Positions 1 to 7,981 of a DNA stretch of 64,000 nucleotides are shown piece by piece (within the stretch, counting starts at the first letter, position 1; each line of letters begins with the position of its first letter). The stretch spans positions 1-64,000 of the forward strand of contig DASCPX010000149.1 of NCBI GenBank assembly GCA_036012755.1. Direction: 5' to 3'. The notes under the pieces were generated by a model. It was not told where the DNA came from. It saw only the letters and a program-made list of their open reading frames with translations, and did not search any database. The DNA is from Myxococcota bacterium. GTDB taxonomy: Bacteria; Myxococcota_A; UBA796; CAJQPC01. Position numbers and translations under genes: made by a program.

Positions 1-86
1 AGCTTGGCCACCCGGCGGTTCACGCTCACCGAGAGTGTGTAGACGTCGGTCCGCTCGAAGGGGAAGTAGTTGGTCGTGCTGCGCAT
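1..86 (-). CDS. Four-helix-bundle protein (23S rRNA IVP/bAvd-like), 5' part only; runs off the window edge
   Basis: Own translation from ATG at 86: MRSTTNYFPFERTDVYTLSVSVNRRVAK. This resembles the F-x-F-E-x-x-x-V-Y N-terminus of four-helix-bundle proteins. A GGAGAG SD-like sequence lies just upstream. Confidence 0.6.
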   Translation of the reverse strand, partial: MRSTTNYFPFERTDVYTLSVSVNRRVAK

Positions 87-88
87 GA

Positions 89-232
89 GGGTCTCTCCAT
101 CGGGGAGCCGCAGGGGTTGAGGAGGCGGCCCCTCGCCCCCGGCGGGGCCGCCGACGAAGCCCCGGAGGCCCCTTGGAGAGACCCGGCGCTGGGCGGCCAA
201 AGCGCCGAGCGGAACCAGTGCTCCCGCTCTCG
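89..232 (-). promoter_or_regulatory. Multi-stem structured 5' leader / possible cis-regulatory RNA
   Basis: Perfect inverted repeats 89-99/174-184 (11 bp, covering the SD), nested 124-132/144-152, and further pairs 184-190/201-207 and 207-212/224-229. Confidence 0.45.
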
Positions 233-234
233 TG

Positions 235-378
235 CCGCGACCGAGACCGCTGCCGATCCCGCTCCGGCTTCCGCTCCGGCTTCCGCTGCCGCTGCCGCTG
301 CCGCTGCCGTGACCGCTTCCGCGACCGCTACCGCTTCCGCGACCGCCTCCGATCCCGCTCTCCCTCCCCCTCCCCCTC
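235..378. repeat. Degenerate 6-bp tandem array (CCGnnn, about 21 units, then 3 CCCCTC-like units)
   Basis: ccgcga ccgaga ccgctg ccgatc ccgctc cggctt ... ccgctc, in phase from 235 to 360; intergenic. Confidence 0.9.
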
Positions 379-431
379 CTGCGGACGAGCGCACCATGTC
401 GTCCCGCTTCGGCCAGGGCTGTTCGTTGACG

Positions 432-1058
432 TCAGCCCGGGAAGGGGATGTTCCGCTTCACGGGGGCCTCCTTCGGCGGGGGCTCCTCGACCGCCGGCTC
501 CTCGAAGACCTCGGGCTCTTCGATGGGGGCCTCCGGCAGGGGCTCCTCCGCGTCGAACTCCGCGTCCCCGATGGCCCGGAGCGCGAGGTCGGCGTTGTAG
601 GCGACGTAGGGATCCTCGTGTTCGCGGAAGCGGGAAAGGATCGGCAGCGCCGCGGGGTCGCCGATGTTGCCGAGTGCCCACAGCGCGTTCAACGGCACAC
701 GGCCCGCTCGGTGCTCGTCGAGGTACTCGATGAGGGCCTCTGTCCCCCCCGGGTCCTGCAGCCGCCCGAGCGCATCGACCGCGGCACGCCGCACGCCCTC
801 CTCGTCGTCGTCGAGCCGTTCACAGATGGCCGGCACCGCCTCGACGGCCGAGAGATCGGCGAGGGACTCGATGGCGCTGACACGGATCACCGTGGAGTCG
901 TCCTCGAGCGCGCCGATGAGGGCTTCGATGACGACAGGGTCATCGACCAGCTTCGCCGCTACGACCATGTCCTGTCGCACGGTCGGGTTGTCCGAGCTGA
1001 TGCCGGTGGCGATGGCCTCTGGAGCGGGTCCGCAAGCCAGGAGCAGGAGCAGCTTCAT
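432..1058 (-). CDS. HEAT-repeat lipoprotein
   Basis: Lipobox LLAC; repeats such as VRRAAVDALGRL and ALWALGNIGD; ATGA overlap with the wzc stop. Confidence 0.85.
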   Translation of the reverse strand: MKLLLLLACGPAPEAIATGISSDNPTVRQDMVVAAKLVDDPVVIEALIGALEDDSTVIRVSAIESLADLSAVEAVPAICERLDDDEEGVRRAAVDALGRLQDPGGTEALIEYLDEHRAGRVPLNALWALGNIGDPAALPILSRFREHEDPYVAYNADLALRAIGDAEFDAEEPLPEAPIEEPEVFEEPAVEEPPPKEAPVKRNIPFPG

Positions 1059-3142
1059 GCGGCGTCGCCCCCGTAGCTCTTGTAGGCGAGGGCGTAGGCG
1101 CCGTAGCCGGCGAGCCCGTAGTCGAGCTTGTTGAAGACCAGCCCAAGGGGCTCGATGCCGTGGGACTCCAAGCGCTCCCTGGCGTCCTGGAGCACCCGGC
1201 GTGGGGTGTGTTCGGCTTCGACGACCACCAGGACATGGTCGACCATGCCCGCCACCAGTACGCCGTCGTTGACGACCAGCGCCGGCGGAGCGTCGATGAG
1301 CAGCACGTCGTGCTCGCGAGAGAGCTCGTTGAGCAGCTGCCGGAGCTTCAACGACTCGACCAGCTTGCCGGGGTTGGGCGGGATCGGGCCGCTGCTGAGC
1401 AGGCTCAGCCCCTCCACCGGGGTCTGCTGGACCGCGTCCTGCCAGCTCACCTTGCCGAGCAGGACCTGGGTCAGCCCGGTCTGGTTGGCCGTCTCGGTGT
1501 GGAAGGTGTGCTGGGAGGGCTTGCGCAGGTCGCAGTCGAGGATCAGCACGCGCTTGCCCTCGTTGGCCATCGCGACACCCAGGTTCGCCAGCACCGTGCT
1601 CTTGCCCTCGCCCGGGAGCGAGGAGGTCACCATCAAGGACGACGCCGGGTTGTCGAGGGTGGCGTAGCCGATGGCGCTGCGCAGGGTCCGGAAGCCCTCG
1701 ACGACCGGGTCGGTGGGCTTCAGCGAGGCGATGGTGACACCGAGCCCGGCGGCGAAGCGCGGGACGACGCCCAGCTGAGGCGCGTCCCAGGCCTCGCGCA
1801 GCTCGTCCGGGTTCTTGATGCTGTCGTCGATGTACTCGAAGACGGTGACCAGCCCGAGGCCCACGAGCAGTCCGATCCCGAGGCCGACGACGATGTTGAC
1901 CACCAGGCGTGGACGCACCTGGCGGTCGGGGCGGATGGCGGGCTCCACGAACAGGATCGGCGAGGCGCTCATCGCCTCCGCCACAGCGATCTGGTAGCTC
2001 TGGGCCTGCAGGGAGCGGTAGACCTCCTCCGCCGCGGTGGCCGCGAGCTCCAGCTGGGACAAGCGCCGCATCTTGTCCGGGTAGAGAGAGAAGCGCTCGG
2101 TGGTCCGGGCGATGGCGGTGTCGATGGCGAGCCCTCGGTCCCGGAGACCAGCCAGCTCGACCTCCAGCTGCACCAGGGTCGGGTCGAGGCCGTGCTGCTC
2201 CTCGAGCAGGCGGACGAGCTCCTCCTCCGCCGTGTCGATCTGGACGTCGATGCGCTCGATGTCCGGGTGGCGCTCGGTCTTCTCGAGCGCCGCGGTCACC
2301 CGCTGCAGCCGCAGGCTGGTGAGTTGCTCTCGGATCAGGCGGATGTCAGGGTTCTCGGCCACCGTGGCGGGGCCGATGTAGTCGATGTCCTCGCGCACCT
2401 GGACCGCGCGCAGGGAGGCAGCCTGGGCTCGGACCTCGGCGGCTCGGGTTGTGGCCTCCTCTCCAAGCAGCATGAGCTCGCTGAGCCGTGAGACGGCCGA
2501 CCGGACCTCGCTGTCGAGGTCGACGATCTGCTCCTGCTCCTGCACGTCGGCGATACGCGACAGCGCCCGGTCGAACTCGGCCTGGACGATCTCGAGCCGA
2601 CTCTCGACGAAGCGGCGAGCCTCGCGCGTCTCCTGCTTGCTGCGGTCCGCCGTGTCGGCGATGTAGACCCTGGCGAGGGTGTCCGCCATCAGCCGTGAGA
2701 GCTCGGGATCCGACGAGGTCGCGGTGATGACGATGATGTCGGTGGAGTTGTGCTGGCGGATCTCCAGCAGCGGGTCCGCGGACAGCGCGGAGAAGGTCCC
2801 CGGCACGATGAGCTTGTCGGGCTCCATCAGGCGCCCCTCGGCGTCGCGGAGCTGCAGCTTCCAGACGAGCTCGTCGACGATCGGGCGGGTCGTCGCCAGG
2901 GCGATGTGGTTCTGGATGTCGTCGCTCTCGCCCGAGAGCCCGAGGGCCAGCTCCTGCAGGCCGAGGTCCGAGAGCACGGCGCTGGTGGCGTCCGAGCTGG
3001 AGATCATGACCTTCGAGGTCGCCTGGAAGGACTTCGGAAGCAACAGCGCCGAGGTGAGCCCCACCAGCCCGAAGAAGACGATCGCCTGCACCAGCAGCCA
3101 GCGGCGGCGAAGGAGGGCGGTCCAGATGCGAAGGAGCTCCAC
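1055..3142 (-). CDS. wzc: Polysaccharide co-polymerase / BY-kinase (Wzc/GumC family)
   Basis: N-terminal TM, periplasmic coiled coil, second TM, Walker A GEGKST, DCDLRKP, LIDAPP, C-terminal Tyr cluster. Confidence 0.93.
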   Translation of the reverse strand: MELLRIWTALLRRRWLLVQAIVFFGLVGLTSALLLPKSFQATSKVMISSSDATSAVLSDLGLQELALGLSGESDDIQNHIALATTRPIVDELVWKLQLRDAEGRLMEPDKLIVPGTFSALSADPLLEIRQHNSTDIIVITATSSDPELSRLMADTLARVYIADTADRSKQETREARRFVESRLEIVQAEFDRALSRIADVQEQEQIVDLDSEVRSAVSRLSELMLLGEEATTRAAEVRAQAASLRAVQVREDIDYIGPATVAENPDIRLIREQLTSLRLQRVTAALEKTERHPDIERIDVQIDTAEEELVRLLEEQHGLDPTLVQLEVELAGLRDRGLAIDTAIARTTERFSLYPDKMRRLSQLELAATAAEEVYRSLQAQSYQIAVAEAMSASPILFVEPAIRPDRQVRPRLVVNIVVGLGIGLLVGLGLVTVFEYIDDSIKNPDELREAWDAPQLGVVPRFAAGLGVTIASLKPTDPVVEGFRTLRSAIGYATLDNPASSLMVTSSLPGEGKSTVLANLGVAMANEGKRVLILDCDLRKPSQHTFHTETANQTGLTQVLLGKVSWQDAVQQTPVEGLSLLSSGPIPPNPGKLVESLKLRQLLNELSREHDVLLIDAPPALVVNDGVLVAGMVDHVLVVVEAEHTPRRVLQDARERLESHGIEPLGLVFNKLDYGLAGYGAYALAYKSYGGDAA

Positions 3143-3151
3143 GGTGCCAGA

Positions 3152-4597
3152 CTATCTCGCCCCGCGCCCGCGGAGCACGGCCGGCACCGTCGCGAGCAGG
3201 ATCTTGAGGTCCAGCCAGGGGGACCAGTTCTGAACGTAGTGGATGTCGAGCCTGACCATCTCGCGAAAGCCGAGGTCCGAGCGCCCCATCACCTGCCACA
3301 GCCCGGTGATGCCCGGGCTGACCTGGTGACGCAGCTCGAACCAGTAGGCGATCTCGGGATCGTCCTCGATGCCCTCGAGGTCCTGGACCGGGAGCGGGCG
3401 CGGCCCGACGAGGTTCATGTCACCGCGGACGACGTTCCAGAACTGGGGGAACTCGTCGACTGAGTACTTTCGGATGAAGCGCCCGATCCTCGTGACCCGG
3501 GGGTCGTCGGCCATCTTGAACAGCGGTCCGTCCGCCTCGTTCCGCTCGAGCAGGTCCTCCTTCTGGGTCTCGGCCCCGGCCTCCATGCTGCGGAACTTGT
3601 AGAAAGGGAAGGTGCGGCCTCCCTTTCCGACGCGCGGGGCGCTGAAGAGCACCGGTCCTGAGCTGTCGAGGCGGATCAACAAGGCGGTGAGCAAGAAGAC
3701 CGGCGTCAGGAACAGCCCGCCGAGCAGGACGGCGACGAGGTCGAAGGCGCGCTTGAAGGCCTCGGCTGCGGTCGGGTAGGACAGCCGCGACATCTCGATG
3801 AGCTGGAGGTCGCCGAGCTCCGCGAAGTCCAGGCGCGGGCTGACGATGCCCCAGGTGAAGGGGATCTGGAGGACGCGCAGCCCCATGTGGGCAGAGCGGG
3901 TGGTCAGGGTCAGGGCCTCGGCCCGGCTGATGCTCCTGGCCGCGAGCACGAGGGTGTGGAGGGTGTGCTCGTTGACGACCTCGCGCAGTCCCTCCACGTC
4001 GCCGATGATGCGGTCCTCGTCCACGACCGGGTCGTCGGGCTCGGCGGGGCGGATGAAGCCGGCGAGCTTCCAGGTGGGGTGCTCCCCGCGCCTGAGCCGC
4101 TCCGCCATCAGGGCAGCCTCCGCGCCGACGCCGTAGATGGCGAGGTTCTCCTGGACCTGGGGTAGCGGCCAGCGCGCCTGCACCTTCAGGAGCAGGAATC
4201 GCCAGGTCCCGAGGGAGCAGAAGCCGGCGACGAGGAAGACCACGACCAAAAAACGCGAGTAGGTGCGCTGCGGGGCGAAGAACTGGAAGGTGACGATGAC
4301 CACCAGCACCCACACCGTAGAGGTCGTGAGCGCCTGCAGGGTCCTCACCGCCGTGTTCATGCGACCGGGGTCGTAGAAGCCCAGGAAGCGCAGGGCGACA
4401 AGCCACACGACGACCAGCACGAGCGCCGGGGGCATCCAGTCGTTGACGACGAGGAGCTCGGCCATGCGGACCTGGAGCAGCTGCTCCATCACCGGGCGCC
4501 ACCACACCCAGGCCCGAAAGGCCCCGAACAGGGCGCCCAGGAGGACCAGCGCGTCGCCGAGGACCACGAGAGTCCTGAGCAGGGTGGGTCCGCGCAC
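3152..4597 (-). CDS. Undecaprenyl-phosphate sugar phosphotransferase (WcaJ/WbaP-type priming glycosyltransferase)
   Basis: 4 TMs plus KRAFD, FYKFRSM, DPRVTRIG, DEFPQFWNV, GPRP and PGITGLWQV motifs. Confidence 0.93.
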   Translation of the reverse strand: MRGPTLLRTLVVLGDALVLLGALFGAFRAWVWWRPVMEQLLQVRMAELLVVNDWMPPALVLVVVWLVALRFLGFYDPGRMNTAVRTLQALTTSTVWVLVVIVTFQFFAPQRTYSRFLVVVFLVAGFCSLGTWRFLLLKVQARWPLPQVQENLAIYGVGAEAALMAERLRRGEHPTWKLAGFIRPAEPDDPVVDEDRIIGDVEGLREVVNEHTLHTLVLAARSISRAEALTLTTRSAHMGLRVLQIPFTWGIVSPRLDFAELGDLQLIEMSRLSYPTAAEAFKRAFDLVAVLLGGLFLTPVFLLTALLIRLDSSGPVLFSAPRVGKGGRTFPFYKFRSMEAGAETQKEDLLERNEADGPLFKMADDPRVTRIGRFIRKYSVDEFPQFWNVVRGDMNLVGPRPLPVQDLEGIEDDPEIAYWFELRHQVSPGITGLWQVMGRSDLGFREMVRLDIHYVQNWSPWLDLKILLATVPAVLRGRGAR

Positions 4598-5304
4598 TAC
4601 TCGAGGACCGAGCTCGTGCCCTGGGCCCCGCCACTGATGGCGTTGCGGTAGATCGCCGAGCCCGCCACGAAGGGGGCGAGGATGCCCTGGATGCGGCGGA
4701 AGAAGCGCTCGACGTTCACGATGGTCTTCGCCGGCACGTAGACGATGTCACCCTTCTGCAACAGCACCATCTGGGAGAGATCCCCCTGCCCGTAGATCGC
4801 GTCCACGTCGATCAAGAAGAGCTCGGGTGAGTCGAAGTCGCCCCGGATGAGCATCACGTTGGAGGTCCGGGCGTCCGGGTGGATTCCGCCGGTGCGGACG
4901 AGGGCCTCCAGGATCGACAGCTCGTTCTGGATCTGGAGCACGGCGGGGTTCTGGACCTCTCCGAGCACGAAGACCTTCTGGTTGCTGACCTCGACGATGT
5001 TCACCGCGACCGAGGGATCGACGAGGTACTCCGACAGGGTGGTCTCGAGCGTCGCGACGAGCTCCGGGTAGGTCAAACCGCTGACCTGGACCGAGCCGAC
5101 CAGCGGGTAGCTGATGTTGCCGTCGGGGGCGATTGTGATGGTCATGTCGAGGTCGTCGTGACGCCAGACCTTGACGTCGATGATGTCCCCGGGGCCGAAG
5201 ACGAAGTCCTGCGGGGCGGGAGTTCGCAGCTCCGAACCCGCTTCGGCGACGTTGGGCGGTGCCTTCGCACAGGCCCAGAACAACAGCATCAACAGGACGG
5301 TCAT
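4597..5304 (-). CDS. wza: Polysaccharide export lipoprotein (Wza/OPX)
   Basis: Lipobox FWAC; Poly_export motif GPGD..V..PDGNISYPLVG; SLBB domain; C-terminal amphipathic helix. Start is ATG 5304 or GTG 5331. Confidence 0.9.
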   Translation of the reverse strand: MTVLLMLLFWACAKAPPNVAEAGSELRTPAPQDFVFGPGDIIDVKVWRHDDLDMTITIAPDGNISYPLVGSVQVSGLTYPELVATLETTLSEYLVDPSVAVNIVEVSNQKVFVLGEVQNPAVLQIQNELSILEALVRTGGIHPDARTSNVMLIRGDFDSPELFLIDVDAIYGQGDLSQMVLLQKGDIVYVPAKTIVNVERFFRRIQGILAPFVAGSAIYRNAISGGAQGTSSVLE

Positions 5305-5414
5305 CAAGGTGTGGCTACACCCTTTGCACACCCGCCGTCAACCGGTGCGCCGACCGATGCACTTTCGTGACATCCTGCCGAGACGGCCCCTCTATACTCC
5401 GCGCGCCCATCCGC

Positions 5415-6587
5415 ATGACACTCCGAACCGCCCTCGTCGCGACCTTGACGGCAGTCCTCACAGGCTGCCTCATGGACCAGTACAACCCGGCGGCGATCGA
5501 GGACGACAGCGGAAACAGCGAGGGCGACGCCGACGCCGACGGCGACACGGACTCCGACAGCGACGCCGACGTCAACATCGACATCGCCTCGATCACGCCG
5601 GACTACGCGACCACGCGCGGTGGGGTGGAGATCACCATCGTCGGCGGCCCCTTCGATGGCAACCCGACCGTACTCATCGGGGACACGCAAGCTCCGGTGA
5701 CCAACTCCCAGGAGACGGTGATCCAGGCGGTGGTGCCCACCATGTCGGAGACCGGGACCCTCGACGTCGAGGTCCGGACCGACGATGGCCTCGGACTCCT
5801 CGAAGAGGGCTTCACCGTGCTGGAGGACGGCACCGGATACGCCGGCGTCATCGGGGAGTTCTACTGGGTCGAGTACCAGGGACTGTACTGGGACCCGGCT
5901 CCACCGGATGACGACGGCGGCGCCTGGTTCGGCTTCGTCGAGCCGGACTCGGACTTCGAGTCCTGGAAGATCTACGGCTCCAGCACGAACAACTGCTTCA
6001 ACGACTACGCCTACTCCGGCCCGTCGATGACCCCGATCGATCTCGGCGTCAGCCAGATGACCCTGTCCGCTGGCGGAAAGGAAGTCGACTTCAGCTGGAA
6101 CAGCTCGACCGTGGACTACGAGACGACCCTGTCGAGCTCCAACCAGTTCGCGACCAGCGCCGACTACACCCTCGGCGCCGTCGTCCCCCAGAACGGCTGG
6201 CCCGAGTTCGGCGCTCCGAACTTCCTGTACATGCCTTCGGGCCTCGAAGTCACCACGCCGCGCCTCGATGACCAGTACCTGCCCTACTACAGCGGCAGCC
6301 AGCCCTTCGTGTGGAACGGAGGCAGCGACGGCGACCTCGTGATCATCTTCCTGCGCCTCCTCAGCAGCGACCAGCAGAACGTCGAGGACACGGTCACCTG
6401 CGTGGTCCCCAACACCGGCTCCTACACGGTCCCCTCCAGCGCCTGGAACAACTACATCCGCGACCGCATCATGGTCGTCATGGTCGGCACCTTCGGCGTC
6501 GACGGCGGGGGAACCCTGGACCCGAACAACGCCAACATCGCCGTCGGCGGTTCGAACTGGGTCTATGGCGGTGCCTACACCCAATAG
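5415..6587 (+). CDS. IPT/TIG-domain acidic lipoprotein
   Basis: Lipobox LTGC; DADADGDTDSD linker; ITPDYATTRGGVEITIVG (IPT/TIG). Confidence 0.8.
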   Translation: MTLRTALVATLTAVLTGCLMDQYNPAAIEDDSGNSEGDADADGDTDSDSDADVNIDIASITPDYATTRGGVEITIVGGPFDGNPTVLIGDTQAPVTNSQETVIQAVVPTMSETGTLDVEVRTDDGLGLLEEGFTVLEDGTGYAGVIGEFYWVEYQGLYWDPAPPDDDGGAWFGFVEPDSDFESWKIYGSSTNNCFNDYAYSGPSMTPIDLGVSQMTLSAGGKEVDFSWNSSTVDYETTLSSSNQFATSADYTLGAVVPQNGWPEFGAPNFLYMPSGLEVTTPRLDDQYLPYYSGSQPFVWNGGSDGDLVIIFLRLLSSDQQNVEDTVTCVVPNTGSYTVPSSAWNNYIRDRIMVVMVGTFGVDGGGTLDPNNANIAVGGSNWVYGGAYTQ

Positions 6588-7314
6588 AGCCCACATCCTG
6601 GGCCTCCCGGTGGACGTGCTCGACCGGGAAGGGCTCCTGGGGCGGGTCGAGGCGTTCACCTCTGGCCAGCAGCGGGTCACCGTCGGCTACCTGAACGTGC
6701 ACGTCGTGAACACCGCGATGCGGGACGCGGCCCTGTTCGAGTTCCTGCGCGGGCTCGACCTCTGCTACGCCGACGGCGCGGGGGTGGTCCTGGGCGCCCG
6801 CATCCTCGGCCACGAGCTCCCCGAGCGCATGACCGGCGCAGACTGGATCTGGGACCTGTGCGCTGCCGCCGAGGGGCGCTGGCGCCTCGCATGGATCGGC
6901 GGCGAGCCCGGCGTCGCCGAGCAGGCCGCAGAGGTGCTCAGAGAGCGCCACCCGGCCCTGCAGATCCACCCTGAGCACGGCTTCGAGACAGATCACGCCT
7001 CGCTGATCTCGCGGGTCAACGACTTCGGGGCCCACATCGTGCTCGTCGGCATGGGCACGCCTGCGCAGGAGCGCTGGGTGGCGCAGTGGAGGCCCTCGCT
7101 CGAGGCCCCCGTGGTCTGGTGTCTGGGCGCCACAGCCGACTTCGTCTCCGGCAAGACCGCCCGGGGGCCCGCGTGGCTGCACGACAACCAGGAGTGGCTC
7201 GCCAGGTTGATCACGGAGCCCGGGCGACTGTGGAAGCGCTACCTGCTGGGCAACCCGCTGTTCTTGGCCCGAGTGCTGCGCCAGCGCCTCAGGCGGACGA
7301 CAACCGCACCCTGA
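6565..7314 (+). CDS. WecB/TagA/CpsF family glycosyltransferase
   Basis: YADGAGV, RMTGADW, VGMGTPAQERW, EWLARL..EPGRLWKRY. Confidence 0.93.
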   Translation: MAVPTPNRAHILGLPVDVLDREGLLGRVEAFTSGQQRVTVGYLNVHVVNTAMRDAALFEFLRGLDLCYADGAGVVLGARILGHELPERMTGADWIWDLCAAAEGRWRLAWIGGEPGVAEQAAEVLRERHPALQIHPEHGFETDHASLISRVNDFGAHIVLVGMGTPAQERWVAQWRPSLEAPVVWCLGATADFVSGKTARGPAWLHDNQEWLARLITEPGRLWKRYLLGNPLFLARVLRQRLRRTTTAP

Positions 7315-7981
7315 CCTCGCCGGGAGCGTGCTCGTAGGAAGCGCCCAGAGCCTCGCAGATCGGAGCGAGGGCGGGGGGCTCGGGACCCGGAGGGGCCGTG
7401 TGGCGGAAGACGAGCTCGCCGCCGTCGAGGCGAATCGCGAGGGGATGCTGTTGCGAGCCGGGACCGTGCCGCTCCAGGGCATCGAGCACCACGACGCAGA
7501 CGAGCAGGACCAGCACCGAGCGGCGGACCGTCACCTTGTCCCGCGGCACCTCGACGCTGACCTCGGCGATGTGGCGGCCGAAGAGCGTGGCGCTCTGCAC
7601 CCCCTCCTCGACGATGGCATCCAGAGCATGTGGCGCCGGAGTGTCGTCCTCGCCTTCCCTGCCGATGCGGGCCATGGCCTCGACGGCGTCGAGCTGCTGC
7701 CTCATCGCCACCCTGCACTCCTGCAAGGCCACCACGAGCTCGTCGCGGTCCGTCCGGCCCCCCTCGATCAGGGCGGCCGCGGCCTCCTGGAGCTCCATGG
7801 GGGTCGCGTAGGGCCCGCAAGCCTGCTCGAGCTGCTGGAGGCGGCGCAGGTCCGCCGTGGCGCACTCCTGGGCGAACTGGACGTTCCCCGTGAGCACGCT
7901 CACCGGGTTGCGGATGTCGTGGGCAGCCCCTCGCACGAGGCGCCCGGCGGTGCGGAGCCGCCAGTGCATCAAGTCAGACAT
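7289..7981 (-). CDS. Degenerate histidine kinase / possible phosphotransferase
   Basis: H-box AAHDIRNPVSVLTGN is intact; N/G1/F/G2 boxes are not recognisable. ATG 7981 overlaps the upstream stop. Confidence 0.65.
   Translation of the reverse strand: MSDLMHWRLRTAGRLVRGAAHDIRNPVSVLTGNVQFAQECATADLRRLQQLEQACGPYATPMELQEAAAALIEGGRTDRDELVVALQECRVAMRQQLDAVEAMARIGREGEDDTPAPHALDAIVEEGVQSATLFGRHIAEVSVEVPRDKVTVRRSVLVLLVCVVVLDALERHGPGSQQHPLAIRLDGGELVFRHTAPPGPEPPALAPICEALGASYEHAPGEVRVRLSSA

Noticed and set aside
26..1076. ORFs 26..397 (-), 117..1076 (+) and 173..733 (+) with Ala- or Arg/Cys-rich repeats
   Set aside because: These are translations of the hexamer array and of the antisense strand of the HEAT gene; they have no domain signal.
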